Shown here piece after piece: positions 50,260 to 64,000 of a DNA stretch of 64,000 nt; within the stretch, counting starts at the first letter, position 1, and each line of letters begins with the position of its first letter. The stretch is taken from the NCBI RefSeq assembly GCF_009914755.1, contig NC_060930.1; one strand, 5' to 3'. Both the position numbers and the translations under genes were made by a program. The notes under the pieces were generated by a model, which did not search any database, was not told the DNA's origin, and saw only the letters and a program-made list of their open reading frames with translations. The DNA comes from the human T2T-CHM13v2.0 reference genome, Homo sapiens.

Positions 50260-50943
50260 TTAAGCGGGATTCAGATGCTATTCTTCAACTAATTAACATC
50301 CAATTTGATTCAATACACTTTGATCAGCTACCAACAATATACGTGACCTGATACTTGGTGCTAGGAACAAATGAGACTCCATTCCTTGCCTTCAAGGACT
50401 TGAGTGTTTTGTCAAATCCACTGAGAAGACAAGTCTTTAAAACAACTAAAACATGTTACCAAAAAGATACACATGAAATCTGACTATAACAAAGATAAGA
50501 GAACATGCTTTCCATTCCTGTATTATGCAGAAATACTGAAAAATATCCCATTCCCTACTCTACCCTTCAGTTAGTGTCAAAACTGGGGTCATAATTCAGT
50601 AAGCTATATATTGATTTGCTCCTTGCAGTCCAGGGTTCCTTTTGGAATTACAAAATGATATTTCTGCTGCGCTATCATAAAGATGACTGTTTTCATCTTT
50701 ATGACTGTTTCGGGTAAACCAGTGCTTTCCTTAGCTGAAAATGTCTAAATTAAACATGAGATTCAAAAACATTTCTAGCTTACTACTCAAGTTGTTTAGT
50801 CTGCAATAATCAACTGCCTCAGAACTGATTTAAGTGACATGTATTAAGATGCTCCATGATTAAATTTTTTGATTAAAAATTCTGGAAAATTTTTCCACAG
50901 GCATTTAACATTTTCTGTTAATAATATTAATTAAATCAGTTAC

Positions 50944-51022
50944 CTCTGAGAGAGATGCATCAACCTTGGAAGAAATTTTCAGGTCTAGCCATGGCTGGTA
51001 GTTTTCAAGTAGCAAAGAAGGC
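50944..51022 (-). CDS. SNX14: SNX14 exon 4 (79 nt) [26 protein letters not shown], start of PXA
   Basis: ctttag| acceptor, |GTAACT donor; follows an 82-nt intron. Confidence 0.95.
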
Positions 51023-51104
51023 CTAAAGAAAAATTATACAACTAAATCACTTGAAATCCAAATGTAATTAGAAGGATCAACAAATAAAAAAATATTTAAC
51101 TTAC

Positions 51105-51181
51105 CTATGTCGTTTACATTTCACTTTACCACAAACAGCACAGCTATGACCTTGAGGAAATAATTCCTGAAGTCCTAACTG
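51105..51181 (-). CDS. SNX14: SNX14 exon 3 (77 nt) QLGLQELFPQGHSCAVCGKVKCKRH
   Basis: tttttag|CAG acceptor, |GTAAGT donor, frame continuous. Confidence 0.95.
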
Positions 51182-51481
51182 CTAAAAAAGGAAAATGAGA
51201 GGTGGTGGGGAGATCCATCTTTACATAACATCTTTATTTAAAAGAATCAACTTTTCAGAAGTTTTTAAAATCAATGTATAAATTCAAAGAACATTTTTTG
51301 TCTACTTTAACAGTGAAATCTTTCTTTGTAATACATAATACTGGCTAAACTAAACCATCAGAGAAAAAAATACCACATGAAATGCCTTATAATACCTAAG
51401 CCAAATTTCCAAGCTTAAAGTTAAAATCAATTGTTATGATCACTTAAAAAAAATTCAGTCTATATTTGAAAGTGATAATTT

Positions 51482-52312
51482 GGCCAAGCACAGTGGCTCA
51501 CACCTATAATCCTAGCACTCTGGGAGACCGCGGTGAGTGGATGGCTTGAGCCCAGGAGTTTGAGGCCAGCCTGGGAAACATGGTAAAACCCTGTCTCTAC
51601 AAAAAAAATTCAAAAATTAGACAGGTGTGGTGGCACATGCCTATAATCCCAGCTACCCAGGAGGCTGAGGTGGGAGGATCACCTGAGCTCAGGAGTTTGA
51701 GGCTGCAGTAAGCCGTGATCCTGCCACTGCACTCTAGCCTGTGCAACTCTAGCCTGTCTCAAAAAAAGGAAGAAAGAAAAAAGAAAGTGACACTCTACTG
51801 CAAAGGCATAATAAGAAAAAACTATTTTCTCTTTCTCCAAAATCTTGAATTCAATGACAAAGGTACGAGGTAACTATTACAGTTCCTGATCAAATATGGG
51901 GCACCACGTTCAGTTGTGTTTCCTCTGAGTAGAAATACCAACAAACCCAAGACAAGATACTACACCAACTTAAAGAATTATTAAGCCTTAAAGATATCCC
52001 ACTAGGCCAGGCGCAGTGGCTCACGCCTGTAATCCTAACACTTTGGTAGGCCGAGGCAAGTGGATCACCTGAGGTCAGGAGTTCGAGACCAGCCTGGCCA
52101 ACACAGCAAAACCCCGTCTCTACTAAAAATACAAAAATTAGCTGGGCCTGGTGGCGTGTGCCTGTAATCTCAGTTACATGGAAGGCTGAGGCAGAAGAAT
52201 CACTTGAACCTGAGAGGCAGAGGTTGCAGTGAACCAAAATGGCGCCACCGCACTCCAACCTGGGTGACAGAGCAAGACTCCATGTCAAAAAAATAAAAAG
52301 GAAAAGGAAAAG
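51482..52312 (+). mobile_element. AluJ (51482-51785) and AluS (52004-52312)
   Basis: Alu similarity; second has TSD aaagatatcccacta. Confidence 0.88.
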
Positions 52313-53065
52313 ATATCCCACTAAACCCTAATCTACAGACCAGAACCTTGCTTTACAGAGATAGACTCACCACATTACCACCCTTCATTAAATTTCAGAA
52401 ATAAATTACTTTGGTTATATAAACTGCCTAATTATATCTCTGTTTCTATGAAGCACACAAACATTTAAGAATTTAATAGGATTAGATCATTTAACCCAGA
52501 ACTTCCTCAGTCTGTGCCTCAGAATCAGCTGGAAAGCTTCTAACAAGTACTGATTACAAGGCTCTAACCCAGAACTATTCAATCAAAATCTGGTAGTACA
52601 CCCCAGGAATCTGTATTTTTTAATTCCCCAGGAGATTTACTGTACAACCAGCTTTGAGAACCTGTGATTTAATTTATTGTCCTCACGGTTAATAGAGGAC
52701 ACCCTAAAATTGTGGATTCCAACTTTCTGAAACTTTTGTACCATATTTTCTTTTTATAGCTCCTCTAAGAGAATTGTATACCTTAAAAGCATACACATAT
52801 ACAAATCTTATTTTGAAAATTTTCTAATAGACTTCCATTATTAAATAAAATTGGATGGATTTTTTTATAATAATAAAATCATTTTATAATAAAATCACTG
52901 CTTTTAGCAGAGTACCTAAAAAAAACAAAAAAAAAAAAAGAGAAGAAATTGAAAGAAAACAAATTTTGTAAATTAAAAAAATATACTGCTTTAGCAGGCT
53001 TTCAAATAATAAACAGCTTAGGCTCATATACATTGATTCTTAACAATAAGAACACATAATTTTAC

Positions 53066-53186
53066 CTTGGGTTTGTATTTTATTGTGAAGAATATATTTG
53101 GTAAGAGAGAATCAGGTCCTAGTGAGCAGTAGAATGTGACAACTCCAGCAACAAATGACCAGAAGATCATTAAAATATGAATATAC
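53066..53186 (-). CDS. SNX14: SNX14 exon 2 (121 nt): second TM segment [40 protein letters not shown]
   Basis: Manual translation matches recalled SNX14; taag| acceptor, |GTAAAA donor. Confidence 0.95.
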
Positions 53187-54007
53187 CTTAAAAATAAATG
53201 AAAATAATTATTACAACCAAAGAAAATGCCTAATTCTAAGTTACCGCTTCACTGACTTAACAAGCATTCATTAAGCACCTACAATATCAGATTGAAGCAA
53301 TTTTTCAAATTATGATTAATTTTTTGTAATGTATTAAATACAAGAATCATAAGATGTATGCTATCAAATACATATTTCATTTAAAGGATAAGGAAGCATA
53401 AATGATCAATATTTCATAATTGGTACCTATGTTTAACTAGTCTATACTACATTCTTCCAGAATACCTTCTGATGATATTGTAGTATTCATATCCCAACAA
53501 AATTCTGATTATTTTTCACTACATCAAAAAAATTTTACTAAGTACCTATTTTGTTATAGACAGAGGTAGGCCCTGGGAATACAGTGAGGAACTGCACTGC
53601 ATAGTCTCTACCTGCATGGAAAACACAGTCTAGTAGTGGTGATACGTAAGTAAAAATAAGCACAATACTATGTGATCACACATGTGATATTACGACAGAA
53701 AGTCTGTGTGATATGGGAATACCACAGGCTGATTAACCCAAATTTGAAAAGAACAGAAAAGTTTTTTCAGAGAAAGCAATATCTACAGAAAAACTTAAAG
53801 GGTAAGTAGGAACAAATAAACAGAAGAGGATAGGATAGAGGTATGGGAGACTGGAGAAGAGGCAGGGGAATTCAAACTTGAGAGAAACACATGGGCTTAG
53901 GTCTGTGTGAGCACACTTCCAAGGAAGAAGGCCTTAAGATGAATCTAAAAGCAAAAGCAGAAGCCAAATAATATAGTGTGATATAATGGGCAATGTGTGT
54001 CTTAATA

Positions 54008-55006
54008 CAGGTAGTCCTCACATTGCACAGTTCTGATATGCAAAAATTTCAGATACCATGATTGTGCTAAATAACACCAGTCCCCCACAACACAGTTCAA
54101 ATGCCAATGACCACAGTATTATTTATTAACTGTGAGTAACTGTATAAAGTACAAACTCTGCTAACTCATCAGTCCACAAATCACTATATAAATAACAGAT
54201 GTGCATCATGATCAGGGACCAATCACATCAGTTCTGTCAGTGACTGGTCACTCACTGCACATTGTTATTCTTTAGTGCATGCACAGACAGGAAACCATGG
54301 AGTTGTGTTACCTCCCTGTCTCCCAATAATAAATCTGCAATACACTTTACAAACATGGACTTTGGCCCACAAATATTAAAGAGAAACAAAGAAATGAACA
54401 GTGGTAATGCAAGAAGTAAAATTCAAATCAAATGTAAATGAAGTACAGAAGAAATAGCTGACTGTGGGAATGATGACAATGCTGCTGTTCAACAGATTCT
54501 ATGCAGCCAGACAAAGGTAGTGAACTTTTTGACAACAATGAGAAGAGTGGTTATGGCACAAGGATGAAAATGTCCCAGAAGAAGTGACACCAGCAAAGGA
54601 ACTTTTGGAGATTTCACAACATTGGATAAAACATTGAAAGTTGATCCAAACTTAGGAGTATGGTAATTCACCTATGCATGAAAAAGATATTCGCTCCATA
54701 TCCCATGTTATCGGATGAGAAGAAGACAAACACTGTTTAAGTTACTCTTAATATGTTTTTTACAAAGAAATATAACACTTTAATTCTCAATGTTTCTAAT
54801 GTTTAAAATTACAGTGTACTACTCACTTTACTATTTTTTTCATTTCCCTATACTATTATAACTGACAATGAGAGTTTTCAATGTCTTGACAAAATTTTTT
54901 AAAACTCAATCGTAATTTTCCCATTGACTGAAACCATTTTGCACAGTTTCTGCTTGCACAATCATTTTTACAGACCCTCACTACCAGAGAAACCAGGGAC
55001 TGCCCG
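54008..55006. mobile_element. Tigger-type (TcMar) DNA transposon derivative, about 1 kb
   Basis: TA|CAGGTAGTCCTC ... GGGACTGCCCG|TA terminal inverted repeats with TA duplication. Confidence 0.8.
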
Positions 55007-55179
55007 TATTATCTTACAAGAAAATGCACTGTAGGGATCTAATAATTTGTAGACTCAGTAGAGACTACAATCCCTTCTGCAAAGTGTTCTTTCTTTACAC
55101 TCTATTCATGAAGTTCAAATGGGAATAAGAGCTTTTATCTCCCTAAGATTCTATCTCCCTCACTCAAGACTGGATTAAG

Positions 55180-55650
55180 AATAGACAAAACGATGACAAC
55201 AACAACAAAATAGGCCAATCATAGCATCTTCTTCCCTACCTACAGCTGACTGGTTCAGGGATGGACACCATCTGAGACAACCTAGTGAGTAACAGGCATT
55301 TGAAACACAGTAAATTGCACGAACTGACAGAGTAAACTGCATGAACTGGGGTCCAACCAGTCTCATTCATCTCATGATAGTAGAAATGTGAAGCTGTAAT
55401 AAAACTGACAGCCATATGCTTTGTCACTTAAAGGAAAGCGGAGTGAGAAGAGAATGATGCCAGAATTCAGAGAGGAGAAAAAGGAAGGGGAAGAAAGTAT
55501 TGGCAGTATTCCAAATCCTGCTTCCATGTGTTTCTGGGGCCCAGCTACACTCCAGTTATTTCTGCACTTACAAAACCTTCCAAGGCTTGCCCTTTGTTAA
55601 ACCTAGTGTGAGCTGAGTTTCTGTTATCTACCATCAAGAGTCCTGAGTAA
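55180..55650 (+). mobile_element. MaLR (MLT1-like) LTR fragment
   Basis: gactggttcagggatggaca...gagtttctgttat...caagagtcctgagtaata. Confidence 0.55.
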
Positions 55651-55937
55651 TACCTATGAGACAATTAAGAGATTTAAGAAGATTTTAAAAAATTTTCAAG
55701 AGTTTTCAGAAGGATATCATTAGATTAAATAATAGGAAGACCATTCTGGATGAAATATGGAGAATGGCCTAGACTGGAAACACACAGCCTAGTTAGAAAA
55801 CTGTTGCAGTAATCTATGAGAGTCAGTGATGGCCTAAACTAGGGAAGAGACTTAGAGATCTTAAAAAGTGAATTATTTTGTGAGACACTGGGAGGAAAAA
55901 TCAAGAGGATTAAGTAGTTGATTAGATGTGAGCAGAA

Positions 55938-56294
<357 letters not shown>

Positions 56295-57648
56295 TCAGAT
56301 ATTTTAAAACACGCTACACAGAAATGTTCCACAAGCACCTAAATATTGGGTAGTCTCAATCTCTGGAGAGAATATGGGCTAAGGATAAAGGTTTAGAAAT
56401 TATCAACATAAATATCACTGAAGCCATAGGAATAAATGACATGACCCAGGGAGAATCTACAGAGTTAAAAAAGAAATGAGCATAAGATATTTAAGAACCA
56501 GGCAGAGGAAAAGAAATCTATAAAGGAATCAAGTAATTAGAAGAATTGGAAAGAAAACCAAGGGTCGAGTCATAAAAACTGGCAAGGTCAAACACAAACG
56601 AACAAACAAACAGAAAAAAAAATACTACAGAAATGAAGTGGACAACATGACCAAATGTTTGTAAAATAAAAATTGAGAGGTGTCCATTAGTTTTCACAAT
56701 AAAAGAGGCACTGATTAACCAGGCAAAAACAATTTTAGAATGGCAAAAGGCTACAACGGATTGAGGAGTGAGATGGAGGTGAGGAAGTGGGATTGGTAAA
56801 TGTAGATAATTCTCTTTCTAAATAAAAGGAGAGCTAACACAGTAACTGGAGGGGGAGAGTAAGTTAAGGTTTTTGATTAAAAACCTGATCACATTTAAAT
56901 GGTGATATAGGAGAAAAGGAGGCAAGAGGGAAAGAAGTACAAAAAAAGAAATAATGCGTAAATACTATCTTACAGAAGGTAGGAGTTGTTAGGATTCAGA
57001 ATCTACATGGAAGAAACAGTTATAAATGAGAGAAATGTCTCTTTCCCAACACCACACAGGATGCATAGAAGGATGAATATGCAGTTACATTTGTAGATTT
57101 GGTAACAAGAATTAAAAGCCATATAATGGCTTTTATATAGAACAGGAGATCCTGAGAGTAAATGACAAAGGTAGCATGACAGAGAGTAAATAACAGAGGT
57201 TCTAGAAGACTGGGGAAATTCTGACACAGTTGCCACAGAGAAGGGAAGAGGGGGGTATCCTGGGGAACTGCTGGACATTACTGAGGCTGAAGACAATGAA
57301 CTTTCAGTTGTGGGATCTTTTCCAGCAGCATTCAGTTTTCAGAATATGAACCTAAAAAAAGCAAACAGCATCAATGATCCCAGATTTGGATTCTGACAGG
57401 CGAGTAGAATGGAAGGGATGGAGTTAAAGATACTAGAAATAGACTGCATGAAATGACTGATGGACCAAGCTATCTGTCTAAGCTAGACTGGCTCTAAACT
57501 GCATCAGAAAGTAAACTAACAACAGAAGAGGGACAACATACAGAAAGAAAGCAGGGTCAGGAGACTGAAATGTCAAGAAGCAGGGACAGTGTGACTGACT
57601 AAATGAAAGAAGTTGACACTGGTGAGTAAGTGACATATTTGATTCTTA

Positions 57649-57955
<307 letters not shown>

Positions 57956-57972
57956 GATTTCAGAGGTAAACA

Positions 57973-58125
57973 GCTGGCATGCCACATACCCAAGGATGGC
58001 CTGGCCATCATCACCCAAGTGACCAACCCCAAAGAAGACAAGAGCCAGGTGCCGGGCATGGGCAAGAAAAATACCTGTTCACTACAGAGATAACTGAAAT
58101 GACAGCCAAGCAAAAAGCAAAAAAA
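57973..58125 (+). pseudogene. Short retrocopy of CTDSPL exon 1 plus an unknown tail
   Basis: 57992-58069 translates KDGLAIITQVTNPKEDKSQVPGMGKK versus the recalled CTDSPL N-terminus MDGPAIITQVTNPKEDEGRLPGAGEK; A-rich end; GTAAACA on both flanks. Confidence 0.8.
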
Positions 58126-58145
58126 GTAAACAAAAGAACCATAAG

Positions 58146-61100
58146 GAGAGAGAGAGGCAGAACAAGATAGCCAAATAGAAGGCTCTCATCATCCTCCCCA
58201 CAGGAACACCAAATTTAACAACTATCTAAACAAAAAAAACCTTCATAAGAATCAAAAACCAGGTGACTGATCACAGTACATGATTTTAACTTCATATTGC
58301 TGAAAGAGGCATGGAAGAGGGTAGCAAAGGCAATTCTGAAATTGCCAATACCCTTTCTGCAGCCCCCAGAAGTGGCCACATGTCAAAGGAAAGCACACGG
58401 CTTGAGAGAGGGACAACACAGTGATTGTGAGAATTTGCACTGAAACTCAGTGCTGCCAACACCAGGAAGAACTTAGCCGATGCCCAAAAAGAGGTCATTT
58501 ACACGTGTCCTGGCCAGAGGGCAACTGCTCATCCCAGTAGTCCAAACCTGAGTTTCAGCAATCCTTGACACCACAGGTTAAAGTGCTCTGAGTTCTTAAA
58601 TAAACTTGAAAGGTCTTAAGTAAACTTGAAAGGCAGTCTAGGCCACAAGGACTGTAACGCCTAGGCAAGTCCTACTACTGTGCTGGGGCTCAAAGCCAGT
58701 GGACTTGGAGGGCATGTGAACTAGTGAGACATCCTGTGGGGAGGATGATGAGAGCCTTCTATCTGGCGATCTTGTTCTGCCTCTCTCTCTCCTTATGGTT
58801 ATTTTGTTTACCAAGGCAGCTAAGGGAAGGCTTGTGAAACCCCTCTCCAAGTCCCAGGCAGTGCAGCTTGCAGGTCCGAAAGAGACCCTTTCCCTCTGCT
58901 TGAGGAGAGGAGAGGGGAAAGTAAAGATAACTCTGTCTTTCAACTTAGATACCATCTCAGGGACAGGAAGACAGGGAACTGGGCAGAGTAATGAGGCCCT
59001 CATTCCAGGCCCTAGCTCCCAGACAACATTTCTAGACACACCCTGGGCCAGAAGGAAACCCACTGCCTTTAAAGGAAGGACCCATCCTGGCAGGATTCAT
59101 CGTCTGCTGACTAAAGAGACTTTGGACTGAATAAAACAGCAGCAGTAACCAGGTATTCACACAGTAGGTCTTGGGTAAGACTGAGGTATGCCGGCCTCAG
59201 GTGTGTCTAGCACATTCACTGCTCTGATGGCTACAAAGAGAGACTTCTTCTGCTTCAAAAAAGCAGAAGAAAAGGTAAAGGGGATGTCGTCTTACAGCTC
59301 AGGTACCGGCTTGGCCAGTGGGGTAGAGGACCAAGAGGGCTTTTGGGGTCCCCAATTCCAGGCCTTGGCTCTTAGATGCCATTTCTAGACCTACCCTGGG
59401 CCAAAGGGGAGTGCATTGCCCTGAAAGGTGAGTTGCAGGCCTGGCACCATTCACCACAAGCTGACTAAGGAGGCCTTGGGCTTAAGTAAACATTGACAGT
59501 AGTAGTTAGATTGATAGAGTCTAGCAGCACTCCCATGGGCTTATGGTGGTAGTTGACACGGAGAGAGGCTCTTTTGCCTGGGGAAAAGGAAGAGTGGTAA
59601 GGATTTTGTCTTGTGGTATAGGTGCCAGCTCAGCCACAGTAGAATAAAACACCAGGTAGATTTCTAAGGTTTCCAACTCCTGGTCCTGGCTCCTGGATGG
59701 CATCTCTGGAACCACCCCATATCCAGGGGAACTTGCCACCCTGAAGGGAAGGACACAAGCCTGGCTGGCTTCACCACCTGCTGATTATAGAGCCCTAACA
59801 TAGTCAGTAGCCAGATAGTGGTTACAGTGGGCCTTGGATGAGACCCAGCGCCTGTGCTGGCTTCAGGTCTGACTCAGCACACTCCTACTCCTGGTGGCCA
59901 AAGGGTTATTTGTGTCACCCCTCCCCCAGCTCCAGGAAGCTCAGCACAGAGAGAGACTCCATTTGATTGGAGGAAAGTGGGAGAAGAGAACAGGAGACTC
60001 TACCTGGTAATCCAGAGAATTCTTCCAGATTTTATCCAACACCACCAAGGAGGTACCTCTGTAAGTCTGCAAGAACCACAGCGTTACTAGGCTTGCAGTA
60101 CCCCTTAATGCAAATATGGCTGCATTGACCAAAAACATAGATGATACCCAAATCCCTTCGAATACCAGGAAAGGCTTCCCAAGGACAGGAAACAAACAAG
60201 CCCAGAATGCAAACACTACAATAAATAACTCTTCAATACCCAGACACTGAAAAACATCCACAAGCATCAAGACCATGAAGGGAAACATGGCTCACCAAAC
60301 AAACTAAATAAAGCACGAGGGACCAATCCTGGAGAAACAAAGATATGTGACCTTTCAGATGGAGAATTCAAAATAGCTGTATTAAGAAAACTCAAAGAAA
60401 TTCAAGATAACACAGAGAAGGAATAAAGAATCCTATCAGATAAATTTAACAAAGAAGCTGAAATAATTAAAAGAATTAAGCAAAAATTCTGGAGTTCAAA
60501 AATGCAACTGACATATAGAAGAATGCATTAGAGTCTCTTAATAGTAGAAGTGATCAAGTAATAGAAAGAATTACTAAGCTTGAAGACAGGCTATTTGAAA
60601 ATACACAGAAAAGACAAAAGAACAAAATAACAAAACACAACTAAAAGATTGAAAAAATAGCCTTGAAAGGGCAAATCTAAGAGTTACTGGCCTTAAAGAG
60701 GAGGCAGAGAGACAGATCAGGATAGAAAGTTTATTCAAAGGGATAATAACAGAGAACATCCCAAACCTAGAGAAAGGTATCAATGTTCAAGTACAAGAAG
60801 ATTAGGAACACCAAGCAGATTTAACCTAAGGATGACTACCTGAAGAAATGTAATAATTAAACTCCCAAAGGTCAAGGATACCAAGAAAGGATCCTAAAAG
60901 CACCAAGAAAAAAGAAACAAATGACATACAATGGAGCTCCAACGCATCTGGCACCAGATTTTTCAGTGGAAACCTTACAGGTCAGGAGAGACATAGGATA
61001 TAAAGTGCATGACATATTTAAAGCGCTGAAGGAAAAAAACTTTCACCCTAGAGTAGTATATCCAGCAAAAATACCCTTCAAACATGAAGGAGAAATAAGG

Positions 61101-61200
61101 ACTTTCCCAGGCAAACAAAAGCTGAGGGATTTCATGAACACCAGACCTACTGTACAAGAAATGTTAAAGGTAGTTCTTCAATCTGAAAGAAAAAGGAAAA
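58146..61200 (+). mobile_element. Older L1 (L1PB-like) 5'UTR and degenerate ORF1
   Basis: gaggcagaacaagatagcc 5' end; ORF 60921..61232 resembles the ORF1p C-terminus (YPAK..F..EGEIRTF..KQKL). Confidence 0.82.
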
Positions 61201-61236
61201 ACCCTATATTCATCAGACATAAAGAACACTGAAAAC

Positions 61237-64000
<2,764 letters not shown>

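Overview
Human genomic DNA (it carries an AluYa5, a human-specific subfamily) covering the interior of SNX14 on the minus strand. I traced 20 consecutive coding exons (exons 2-21 by my numbering, about residues 47-703, covering TM2, PXA, RGS and PX). All have GT-AG boundaries and join into one open frame; exon 1 lies beyond the right edge and the 3' exons beyond the left. The introns hold about 47 Alus, L1/L2/MIR fragments, two ERV1 solo LTRs, a Tigger-type element, MADE1 and MER elements, and a composite L1 at the right end. Best leads: (1) a TSD-flanked retrocopy of CTDSPL exon 1 joined to a non-exon-2 tail, possibly the fossil of an unannotated short isoform; (2) an L1 whose target-site duplication copied the SNX14 exon 9 splice donor; (3) an 80-bp inverted templated copy spanning an L1 5' junction; (4) a young AluYa5; (5) a 27-nt microexon with RBFOX motifs; (6) an ancient mariner transposase remnant; (7) a possible Ser303Arg difference. 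Gene, repeat-subfamily and reference-protein identities come from memory, not from a database search.
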